Shown here piece after piece: positions 38,201 to 51,363 of a stretch of 64,000 nt of DNA (within the stretch, counting starts at the first letter, position 1; each line of letters opens with the position of its first letter). This DNA is from Octopus bimaculoides (lineage: Eukaryota): positions 129,628,771-129,692,770 of the forward strand of contig NC_068982.1 in the NCBI RefSeq assembly GCF_001194135.2, in the 5' to 3' direction. The translations under genes were made by a program, and so were the position numbers. A model generated the notes under the pieces. It saw only the letters and a program-made list of their open reading frames with translations, was not told the DNA's origin and made no database searches.

Positions 38201-41200
38201 CCCTTCCTAACGCCAACCACTCAGAGAGTGTAGTGGGTGCTTTTACGTGTCACCCGCACGAAGGCCAGTCAGGCGGTACCTAAAATAACTTGTCAACCTA
38301 ATTTACAAGTAATTAGCTTATGCTAAAGCCATGAACTCAAAATACAAATGATGAAATAATGCAATGAATATTCTCTTCCTACAAACCAAATTCAACGACT
38401 GGTACCCGTGCCAACCTTTCCTTCATTGGATACTAAACTCTGCTTGCGAAGACCTGTAGAGGCAAGTGAAATTGAACCAAATTCGATGACTGGCATCTGT
38501 GCCAATGGAGCACTAACAGTACCATCCGAGGATGATCATTGCCAAAGCAGCTGTCTGGATTCTGTGCCAGTGGCACGTAAAAAGCACCATTTCAGCGTGA
38601 TCATTACCAGCGTTACCTTACTGGCACTTGTGCCGGTGACACATGAAAAAACATTTGAGCGAGGTCGTTACCAGCGCTGCTGGACTGGCTCCTGTGCAGG
38701 TGGCATGTAGAAAACACCATTTGAACGTGGCCATTGCCAGTACTGCCTGACTGGCCCAAAAGCACCCACTACACTCTCAGAGTGGTTGGCGTTAGGAAGG
38801 GCATCCAGGTGTAGAAGCTCTGCCAGATCAGATTGGAGCCTGGTGCAGCTATCTGGTTCGCCAGCCCTTAGTCAAATCGTCCAACCCATGCTAGCATGGA
38901 AAGTGAACATTAAACGATGACGATGATCACAGCACTCCTCATCATTTCCCCTCTGAACCATCCCCACCAACCCTCACACCTATCTTCCCTCCAGTGACTT
39001 TCTCAAGATTCCTCTCCCCCTTAGGCTATTGCTCCCTTCCTGTCCTTTTCATACATTTTTTTTTCATACTCACTCCTTATAGGATAATACTAAATCGCCA
39101 GCTCTTTACAGCTTTTAACTCTATCCAGCCTTATTTCTCAATAACCCTTGACACTAATCCTATCTCTCCTCTACCATACTCTTCCCTTACCATTCCCTCA
39201 ACCCCCACCCATTTACAATCATCACCCATTCTCTTCTATTCCCCCTCAATTAGGGGCTTAACCATACAAATTATGAAAATCATTACTAGTTCTGGTGACA
39301 CTAAAAAAGCATTGTCACTGTAAAAGTAGTTGGCATTAAAGAAGGTACCCAGTCATAGAAACCATACCAAAGTAGACACTGGAACATGATGTAGCCCTCT
39401 GACTCATAAGGCCATGTCAAAGTATCCACCCCCATGCCAGCTTGAAAGCCAGATGTCATATGATAATGAATCAAATATACAGAGTATTTGATAAAGTGAT
39501 CATATCAGTTGTATGATAGTGATCAGCAGTGATATAGAGCCTCTACTCCAGATAGGAGCTGCATGCACACTGCATGTACACTGCATGCCAGATCAAATGA
39601 TCCCAAAAAAATTCTGTATGCACAAGAGGAAAAGGGGCATGAAGTCACTTGATCTGGATATTCTGAGGTGGGAGGTCACAAAGGATCGCTCACACTGGAG
39701 AAAAAATACTGCGAAAGGGGATAAAATGAGCAGAAGAAAAACAGGAACTTGCACTTAATTGACAAGATAACCAATAGTGCCGGTAGGGAGCTCCTTCCAA
39801 TGCAGTCAGTGCATGCATGACTGCCACTCCTATGTGGGCCTGTGCAGCTAAAACTGACGCTGCACTCCATCAGCAGCTGACATGATTTTTTTGGGTGCTG
39901 TGGGTGCAGATCCATGGCCTCTTGAGACCGACGGATGCCTACTACTACTGCTGCACCAGACTGGTTTTCTACAGCTGAGAGTATAATGGGTGCTTTTACA
40001 TGCCATTTGCGTGACACCAGTATCTACCACGACTGCAATTTTGCTCAGCTTCATGTGTCTTCTTACCAAGTACAACATAATGCCAACAGTCTTGGTCATT
40101 GCCTCTGTGAAGCCCAACACTTGAAAGGAACTCAACCACTTTGCCTCCGTGAGGCACACACACACACACACACACACACAAGAGACTTCTTTCTTTCCAT
40201 CTACCAAACCCAGTCACAAGGCTTTGGTCAGCCTGAGGCTATAGTAGAAGACACTTGCCCAAGGTGGCATGTGGTGGCATTGGGGGCTGAACCCAGAACC
40301 AAGTGGCTGGGAAGCAAGCTTCTTCCCACACACAAATATGCAAATCAACCAAATTCATTCTTCAATAAACAAAAAAAGTGTTACATTTATAGTTTAAAGA
40401 ACTTAAATAATTGAAAAAAGAAATTTCAAATATTTAACCATAATTAAGAATTCTTTTCAAGAGTCCCCATATAGTCACTAAGCCTGCTAAAAATGATAGG
40501 AAATTTTCCTGCCATTTAAAAAAAAAAGACATCTTTTGTATACCAAAATCCTAAATGCACTATTGTTGACAAAAAAATGTCAATTGCTGGAATACAGTTG
40601 ACCCTAGATTTACTGAAGACAAGTAATTATTTGAATACATTGAAATATTTTGTTTTTATATTTGTTTTTATTTTTAAGTTTTAATGACAAAATGCTAAGT
40701 TATAATAAACAATACCTCTCTGATTGAGTCCAAATGCTCAGCTGTTTCATTGCGTGACAGATAGAGGCGGAGTTCCTCTGAAATATTCAGCCATTTTTCA
40801 GCATACTCACTAATGCGATCTAACAGAGCAAATGTTTGATTAGCCTGAAATAATATAAAAGTGAAAATTTATGTTGAAAAAAACCCCCAAAAATTAGAAC
40901 AATGTTAGAATGTCTGTTTTATATATTGACTACATAAGAAAAATGCTATTATGCCAATAATAAAAATAAAAAGACAAACTGAGTGATGCAACTAATTTCT
41001 ATTCCCTTTATTACATATAACTGTTTAACCAAATTTTCAGGCTTTATGTACATTTATATTCTAATTTTGAGGGGAAGCCAATTGTATCAATGCTAGTGCT
41101 CAAGTAATACTTATTTTATCAACCTCAAAAGGATGAACGGCAAAGTTGACTTTGACAGCATTTGAACTAATAAAGTGAAGAGCCAGATGAAATGCTAACC

Positions 41201-41425
41201 ATTTTGTCCAGTGTAGTAACAAGTTTGTCAGTTTGCCACCAAACATTTATATTAAGAATGAAAATATATATCAAATGCAATTTTTTTTTTTTTACATAAT
41301 TTATTTAAAATGAAAATTACAATATAATCCATATTGTAATTGGAATTCATAAAATATACAATTGTATTACAACCTGAAGATATCATGTTATATTCCTGTA
41401 ATAATAGAAAGCGATATGAGTGTAA

Positions 41426-41456
<31 letters not shown>

Positions 41457-41831
41457 CTGTCCAGGAATATATTAAACGGTAAATTAAAAGCACATTTACA
41501 GCTAGAATATTGTCAAGATTGTTATATTCTGTTTTCCTTTATATCTTTTCAATTTTTCATGCTATACATGACCATTTCACTATTCCATGTAACTAATTTA
41601 CTAAATAAACATGTATAAAATCTGTTGTAATTCAAATGTTCTAATAATTTAAGAAGCAGCAAAGTGTCAATTAGGAATATGAAACCGGAAAATAGAAGGC
41701 TACCTGTCTAATGACATTGTCAGCTGATGTGTTAGCAGGAGCATAGAGTACTTTCGGATTGCTGTATAGAACATGGACAAGAATACCAATGTTATGTTGT
41801 TGAGTAATAGACATTCCAAGGTCATCTGTAA

Positions 41832-41869
<38 letters not shown>

Positions 41870-44800
41870 GCGGATTTATTGACACCAACACTTAATAGTC
41901 ATGCAAGAAGTTCCTATAAAGATATGAATGAATTTTAGATTTCCAGAATTTCTAACAGCTGAAAGCTAAGAGAACTATGAGTTCACTGTGTACAGTGCTC
42001 CAGTGCACAACAATTCATCAAAAAGGGATGTTTTGGATAGAGTTTGAGGCAGATTTTCTATAGCTGTATGTCATTTCTGACACCAGCCCTAATCTGTTTC
42101 CAAGTAAGGTAATCTTTTCCCATGCCATGTATGTTTTTACAGAATATTGAAAATGAATGACATTTATTTATGGCAATCATCCAATGTCAAAACAAGGAGA
42201 ATAAAATACATGAACACATGTATGCACACTCAATCACAACAGGCTTTTTTTAGCTTCCGTCTACCAAATACACTTACAAAGTTTTGGTCAGTCCAGGATT
42301 ATAATAGAAAGCACTTGCTCAAGGTGTCACACAGTAGGACTGAACTTGAAAGCATGTGGTTAAGAAGTAAACTTCTTAACCACACAATAGTGTGGTAGTT
42401 TATAATAAAGAACAAAGATGGGTTGAAGGAAGTATAATTTGAAACAAGATAAATGAAAAAAACAAAAAAATATAGACCAATCTTAAATGACTCTTTTAAA
42501 GGAATATTACCAAGGTTCATATTGCGAATATCATCTTCCCATTTATCTTTTGGGATGTTGGTATCATGGCCACATATAGTCTTCTGCATTGATGTCCAGA
42601 TCTTCAGTAAGCCAATATACCGATCTTTACTGTTTGTTTTAGAATCAGAGTTTGAAGGAGCTGAATTTGATGTTGCACTACCCTAAAATAGGAAATAAAG
42701 AGTATAGTTTCATGAAATAAGTTTAATGTTCTATATATTTTAGTTGTTCATGGTTATGAGAAGAAAATAATGAAAATACTAGTGCATTCATCATATCAAA
42801 TTTATTTATTTTGTTTTTAAGCTCTATTTATTTATATAATATATCTTAACAACAAACTGTTTTATTTCGAATATTCATTTCTTTTATTTATATAGGCACA
42901 CAAATGTGTAAACTTCTTTCTATCAACAAGTGTCTCTGCAATAACTAATTCTAACATTAGCATTAACTAGTCTATTCCATCTAATTGTGATTTATTTCTG
43001 AACTGTTAAATGTGTATGTGTGAGAGGGAAGAGGTGAAATGTGAGGGAAGAGGTGAAATGTGAGGGAAGACTGTTAAATGTGTATGTGTGTGAGGGATGA
43101 CCTGAAATTCATGTAACAAGACATTCACAGAACCTGATATCCATAAGACCTGAAATTCACTTGGCTTGAAATTCATGTAACTGAAGACAAAGGCAATGGA
43201 CAATAATGACAATGAAGCATATGAAACATGAGAAACATTCACATGGCCTGAATTTTACATGACTTGACATCCACATGGCTTATAAATGTGGGTATTTAAC
43301 AACTAGATATCTTTCTAAATGCAAGTTATTAAAGTAGCGTTATACTAATCACATTGTCATAAGTTCTAACCTTACAATAGCCAGAGTGTTATTTAGACAA
43401 GGAACAAAACTATTCTCTTCTCATCTGGATGCCCTTAACAGTATTAAGGGCATTCAGTTGCAAAATTTTTGCAATACATGAATGTCTAAATTTGCTAAAC
43501 TAGACCATCGTTGTCAACTGGGGTAAAGAATAATATGAAATTATGACAGATACCTCCTCTAATTTACTGAAGCATGTAGTGAACATAGGAAGAATATAGT
43601 CCGCCATAGAATTTGAGCTATGATTAATAAGACATAATTCCAACACTTGAGCCATTCACTGTTTCGTTTCAAAATTAGTGCTTGTGCCTCATGCAGATAT
43701 ATTACAATAAAACATTTTTAGAAACACATTGTAACAAATAAACAAAAAAGATAACTTCAGAAAAGCAAAATTTATGCTTTAATAGTTTGTCAGGCATATT
43801 AGGAAATCATTCTAATAATTTAATGAATGACAAATGTAGTTTAAAACTAAGGCAGATCAGTTTTAGTTTTAACTTGTATTTGGGATCTATTAATAAATTA
43901 TGAGAAACATTTGCTAATGGCACAAAGTCTTGAACTTGAATGTATTCAGAAGATAGTGATAGCAATAGCTTGTATCATTTAAAGTATATCTGAAATAGTT
44001 TAGTTTAAGATTAATTGAAGACAAAGTTAAAGGCAATGGACAACAATGACATTGAAGTATATGAAACAGGAAATACATTTTGAAAAAAAAAAAAAAAAAG
44101 AAAATGCAACAAAAACAAAGTAAAAATTTGTGTACCGGTGGATCCAGCACTGTTGATGCATGACTGTCAGACATATTTAAAACAGTGAAATTATTTGGAA
44201 CAGCTGATGAGGTTTCTGCTCCAGCAGGGAGAAACTGGTCACATGCATCTTGTGGGAGAGAACTGGCTAACATACTCAGCTCATTGAGATTCTTTTGAAA
44301 CATGTAGAATTTCTCCACCTACAGAAATGACAATGAAACAATAAGAGAACACTGCATGTATTGAAACTTGAAATTTGAGAAATAATCTCTAAAATTAACA
44401 AATACCAAAAGAAAAAAAAATGTCCCTATGTTAACCCTTTCGTTACTATATTTCTGGCCAAAATACACCCCTCATGAGTTTCAATTAAATTCTAAAATAA
44501 TCATGAATTTAGACTAGTCTCATTAAACACCTGTAACTTTTTTATTTATCAACATATTAATGTGATATTCGGAACATAATTAAAGAAAGGGTTCTTAATC
44601 AATTCTATTGCATNNNNNNNNNNNNNNNNNNNNNNNNNNNNNNNNNNNNNNNNNNNNNNNNNNNNNNNNNNNNNNNNNNNNNNNNNNNNNNNNNNNNNNN
44701 NNNNNNNNNNNNNNNNNNNNNNNNNNNNNNNNNNNNNNNNNNNNNNNNNNNNNNNNNNNNNNNNNNNNNNNNNNNNNNNNNNNNNNNNNNNNNNNNNNNN

Positions 44801-46887
44801 NNNNNNNNNNNNNNNNNNNNNNNNNNNNNNNNNNNNNNNNNNNNNNNNNNNNNNNNNNNNNNNNNNNNNNNNNNNNNNNNNNNNNNNNNNNNNNNNNNNN
44901 NNNNNNNNNNNNNNNNNNNNNNNNNNNNNNNNNNNNNNNNNNNNNNNNNNNNNNNNNNNNNNNNNNNNNNNNNNNNNNNNNNNNNNNNNNNNNNNNNNNN
45001 NNNNNNNNNNNNNNNNNNNNNNNNNNNNNNNNNNNNNNNNNNNNNNNNNNNNNNNNNGTAGCTCATTCATTCTTTTCTTCGATATCTCCATATCTTCTGT
45101 TGAAAAACCTTCAAATTCGGAATCACTGCTTGATAGCATGAAACTCCTCTCCATCTTCAAAGTTGAAAAAAATTAACGCCGCAAAAAATGTGGAAAAAAA
45201 TCTTCCAAAATTCACTGAGTTCAAATATCACGCCAAATAATGTCAGAGACAATAACTCAACTGTTTGCAAAGTGAAATCAGGTGTTTGAACGAATGTACT
45301 AACGAAATTTGGGTTCAAATATACATTTAAATAACAATGGGTACGCTCGGCTGGGTTAGTAACGAAAGGGTTAAAAAAAAATTAATATGAAATGTCAAGT
45401 CACATAACTTTCTGTTTTGTTTGCTACCATTACTTACATGGAATTTAGATAGGAAATTGAAGGATAAGTAAAGTGGGAGTTGAGTTGGATGTAAACAAAG
45501 GGTAGCAATCAACGATCAATGTCTTTGATACAAAATTTAAACTTTTCAAACTAAAGCTGTAAAAACATTCACAACTATTTTACTGTTCTGCAATTAAATG
45601 ATTTTATCCCTTTCTGTGCAACCAATTATCTCTCTCTCTGGAACCACTTCCTTTTGACATTTATCCCTCATTCTTAACATCCCTCTCCACAAATATTTTC
45701 CATTGATCACCTTTCCTGCATTACCAGTTATCTCTCCCTCTCCTCTGAACCACTTTCTGCCAACAGCCATACCTCATTCTTAACACATTCTTAGTGCCTC
45801 ACTCACTACATTACATTTATCCCTATGTAACTGATCTCTTTTACCCTATCACTATGTCTCACCCTCATGCTCTCTTGCAAATTTTGCCCATTCTTACCCG
45901 TCACCTCCCTCTCTCTTTCTTTCTCTATCTACAGGTTTATTACTATTCTGCTGCTCTTCGCCCTTGGTGCTGCCAGCCATCACTTCCTTTCTTGAAGCAC
46001 TTTTACTAGCATTTATCCCTACCTTGCTCAACTCATATTTACCATCAACCACTACTTATTCACTTACTTGCTTCTCTAACATTCACACTTCCATCCCACA
46101 CTCTTGCAACCTTTACATATCAACTCTTCCTGATCTGTCCTCACTCTCTCTTATTCACCTCATACCTTGAGGGTATGCTACCGTGTCTTCATCTCTCTTT
46201 TTCAACTCCATTCCAATTACTCCCACCCACATGTAATACAGAGTAATCATGTATTTCCTCTACAGCAACACATCTTCCAAACCTTTATGTCCTACTTAAA
46301 CTTCTCAGCACCTTGCATAAAATTACCTCCCTCTTTACTATGCTTTCACTCAATCAAGGAGGTTTTTAAGTCATATGAATTACATGACAATCTCACTAAT
46401 GCTGATACTATGAAAACAATCAGCTAGTGCATTCTGTGAGGTGGTTGGTGTTAGGAAGGCATCCAGTTGAAGAAATCATACCGAAGTAGGCATTGGAGAA
46501 TAACAAAGTTTTCTGGTTTGTCAAATCCCTTGTTGAACACAAGCCAGCATGGAAGACAGGCATTAGATGATAAAAGATTTGTTCTTCAATCTCAGCTTAA
46601 GCTATTCTTCTACATGCCTGTGTACATTATGCATAATGAGGCATTCTCCATACTATTCTGCTTCTTGCCATTCAATTATGATGTCTTGTCTTTTGTTTCA
46701 AATTCACAGCCCACGAGGCAAGACATTATATATTTAAGTACAAACTAATCTGCAAAATTTATTTGAATAATGTATTCCATACTCAAATATACCCCATCAT
46801 TTTTGATAGGTGTTATGCTAGTTATACTATAAAAATGGCAAAGAGGCATGGGAGATTTATTACAAGCATTTAATTTAATTCACATCA

Positions 46888-46935
<48 letters not shown>

Positions 46936-49900
46936 GTATATAGAACTGCAAGTGTATTCACAATATTTTCACCTTGCTTGATACTGGTTGAAGCATCTAC
47001 TAAATGTAAAACATAAAATGGAGAATTACAAATTATTTACAGAAGAAAATAAACCTCAATCATTAAGTAGATACCTTAGTTAAAAAGTCTTTTACTTGGT
47101 TTTCTGCTTCAGTAACATTCAAATTGCGAAGATGGAGCTAAAATTAAAAATTAGAGATGTATTTCAGTAAAATAATAAATGGATCTTGATACTTTGATTA
47201 CAAATTTAAACAATTTGATTATTTATAGTGGCTGAACATTTAGATTTAAACATCATCTGAGTTCTTGACTGAAAAAAATAAATAAATAAATAAAAAATAA
47301 AAGATGCTGAGAAGAATTTTAGTGTGTACCATCATTTGAAATAGATTTTATAAATTAGTTAATGTTTCCACAAACTCTTTTTATGCTAGATGGTTCTGAA
47401 ATTTTAATTATTTTACATAGATGTCTATTCCAATGACAGCAACATGTTAAGTAAAGTGAGAGATGTATCAAATTATGAGATTTGCTTAAAGTTACGTAAA
47501 TGACAAACAAGAGTCCACTCTAGGTTTGGGGCTCAGTAGTCTTTTAGCCACTAGGCCAGAGTAACTCCCAAGCTAAAAATAATCCTTGATTTACTGAAAC
47601 TTAATGAAAACATCTGGCATATTGATTGAAAAATTTGTTTAATGTCTATACTCCTATATATGACTTTAAACATTATAAATTATCACAATCTTTTTCAAAT
47701 GTAAATCAATTGTATACAACTTGGCCACTAGACAATAGAAATGTATCAATAAATGCTCTACATTTGCATTACACCAGTTTATATAACATGATATAATAAA
47801 CACAGGAAATTTAAAAGTCATAAAGGGATGCTTTTCTTCAGAAGTTCTACATTAATATCTGCAAAACTAGTAGTGATATCCATGAAGTAAATCATAAGTG
47901 AAACCTGACGACAAATGGAGCTCATTTAAATTCTAATTTGTATGCATGAGCATACAGACACTTTCAGTCAGATCTCACCATCTACATCAAATGTTTATAT
48001 CAGAATAAATGATAACTGCACAGTGATACTTTTTCTAAAGTGCCACCAATCTCAGCTCACTTGTGACCTTGCATAAAAGTGAACATAATACATCCAACAG
48101 ATTATACTTGTCTAATTTCCTTCCAGTTTGCACATTCAATACCCATGTCTCACTACTACACAGGATTGTATTCACACACATTACATGTAGACTATCTTTT
48201 ACATACAGAATGAAACTGTTGCCAACAGCCCCACTGAATATCTTCCAAGAATTAGATTATATAAGAAACTATTTAACAGAAACTATCAACTACAACGAAT
48301 GACTCAGCTGGATAGTTCATATGCTTCATTTTGTTTGTGCTCCAAAGAAGAGAACTAAGAAAATCTTACAAAGATTTTTGATAATACTTTTTAATTTATA
48401 ACACTCTCTGAGTGGTTGGCGTTAGGAAGGGCATCCAGCTGTAGAAACTCTGCCAAATCAGATTGGAGGCTGGTGTTGCCATCCGGTTTCACCAGTCCTC
48501 AGTCAAATCGTCCAACCCATGCTAGCATGGAAAGCGGACGTTAAACAATGATGATGATGATGATGATGATGAACAAAGCTCAAATCCAAACATACTATAC
48601 TCTTTAATAAAATATCTGATGGAAAATACCAAAACATTTTAAAGCTAATGAAAGCATGAAATGTAACAAGATTTACATAAACATTAGCCCTTTATTACAC
48701 ACACACACAAAAGGACATTATAAAGGAAGCCTTATCCATTAAAAGACAATTTATCTCTCAGAAAACGAAAGTCAGACTTTTGATAGCAACTATAAGTGGC
48801 AATGAATATTAGATATCTTCTATCAAATGTCATGTACTTTGTTGCTGTCAGCTGTCCTTTGTATGACTCAACTCACCAATCTTAGTCACATTCTGTAACT
48901 AACATTAACATTTAATTCTCATCTTGAAATTTTCGGTTGAGATGTAGAAGTTAAAGTATTACAAATTTATTTTTCTCTACACTTTGCATTGTTAAATAGC
49001 TTTTATTACCTCCCTATTTGTATTGTTTTCATTTTAAATCATACCACTAAATAATTTTACTGCAGGATGAGTCAGGACTCAGATTTTTCAACATTGATAA
49101 TTTAAAATGACTTCATGCAAGCACAGTGACCTTCAAGTAGTTTTTCATTCCAAGAAAGATCCAATCTAAAGTTTACAGTTCTTGAGCACACTTTAGTTGA
49201 GATCAGTTTTTACTTTAAATCTACAAAATATTCTCAGTCTCAATTAGGTGTAGAGATAGAAATGCATTTTTAAAATATTTTAATACAATTTTTAATTTGT
49301 GGACAGCTACATGGTGCAAATTAGTTGTTATTGGTCTTATTGAAACTTGCAACATTTGGTAAAATTTTTAAACAATCTTTCTTGAAACCAGAGTTAAAAA
49401 CTGAAAAGACTATTTGATTACTACCAATAAAATAAAAAATATTACAGAATATGTTAAATTGAAATACTTTTTCAACTGGATTAAAATTACATCAACTTAC
49501 AATATTCACAATTTCTTCATCAGAGATGTCTGATTTGAGAAGATCAACAAATTTCTGCAGGTCTTCTTTATTTGATTTACAGATTTTCCTTTGAGCATCA
49601 ATCTGGTACAGAAGAACATATTACATGGCTTTTTAATAGATCCCTTCAATTTTTGTGTTAAAAAAAAAAAAAATTTAAAGAAAGGAACAATCTCTAAGAA
49701 ACATTTCAGTAATAATAAATGGCTGAGAGGAACATCTCTTGAACAAAATGTTAACTTTGTTTATCCAGATGAAGAATAAGTACAAAATTAAATATCTTGC
49801 TCAATATCCAACAAAATGCATGCATTGCAATATATACATATATTACACACATTAAGAAATAATAGGAATGGCCGCAGAGAAAAGAAACAATCAATATTGA

Positions 49901-51326
49901 AGATTTTTAATTCAAGAAAATCATTTTACAAAAATTATAGCCACTAAGATTTCTCTTAGGAAACATTTCCTTTTTATACCACTAAGACTTAAAAAAAAAC
50001 AAAAATGGGTGACCCCCACCCCCAAAAGGGAGGGAAGTGGTTTTGAGGTTTGGTCTTACTCTTTTACTTGTTTCAGTCATTTGACTGTGGCCATGCTGGA
50101 GCACTGCCTTTAGTCGAGCAAATCGACCCCAGGACTTATTCTTTGTAAGCCTAGTACTTATTCTATCGGTCTCTTTTGCCAAACCGCTAAGTTACAGGAC
50201 GTAAACACACCAGCATCGGTTGTCAAGCGATTTTGGGGGGACAAACATACACACACACACGCACACACATATATATATATATATATACGACAGGCTTCTT
50301 TCAGTTTCCATCTACCAAATCCACTCACAAGGCTTTGGTCAGCCCGAGGCTATAGTAGAAGACACTTTCCCAAGGTGCCACGCAGTGGAACTGAACCTGG
50401 AACCATGTGGTTTGTAAGCAAGCTACTTACCACACAGCCACTCCTACGCCTATTTACAGCAAATAAATTGCAGATTAAGTGTATAGGGTTAGAAACAGTA
50501 TGTTTTTTCCACTAGATTATGAAGACATTGTGAAGAGTAAGAGAGAATAGTGTTAGCCAGCTCACACAATCACTATTTTATTATTGCTAAATTAATTTAA
50601 AGTAACAAAGTTCTTTTAATAGTATGAATTTTCAACCAAAACAGTAAAAAAATTAAACTCAAACTTATAGGAAATGTATTTCTAAATTTTAAATGTAAAC
50701 TTACCAAATATGTGATACTGCTATTGGAACTAGGAGTAAGTATGATTGATGTATTCTGGTAATCACAGGCCACTTTTCTCACTAATGCAGGGGACAGCAG
50801 AATCATCTAAAATGAAAAAGAAACGAACAAAATTTAATTAAGAAGAAAAAGATTTTAAATATATTTAAATTACATGTAGTTTATATAAATAAACAAACAA
50901 ACCCAAACAATTTTCTTTTATTATCTTTCTACGGCTAACTATTACAGATTTAGAATACAAAATGTGATTTAGTATGTTCTGTAATCATTAGTTTTATGGT
51001 TTCCCATACTTCTTGGTTTACTAATCTTTTTAGTCAAAATGGGTGGCAGTGCCCACAACCCTTTATGGGGCCTCTGAGACTGATAGGAGGGAGGTATAAC
51101 AAATCAGAAACCTGATCTGAATGCTTGCAACAGAGTGAAGCCTGCTAAAGGTATCCAAGATAATCTTTTGCTTTGTTTACCATACTACCAGCAATTAAGT
51201 TTACCAACCAAATAGGCTAGTGGTTCCCAACCTTTTCACTACCAAGGACCCATTTTATTTAAATGAGTTTTCCCATGGACTGGACCCCATTTAATAGGCT
51301 TATCTTTATGTGTACTATATGTTTAT

Positions 51327-51363
<37 letters not shown>

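Noticed and set aside
44549-45160. ORFs running through N gaps (also 36923-37401)
   Set aside because: Their length is an artefact of N runs; only the short acidic piggyBac-like stub is informative.
47066-47074. Possible U12 intron donor (gtatct) after exon 6
   Set aside because: The sequence is gtatctact, not GTATCCTT, and I saw no U12 branch site; all 39 introns fit GT-AG U2 type.
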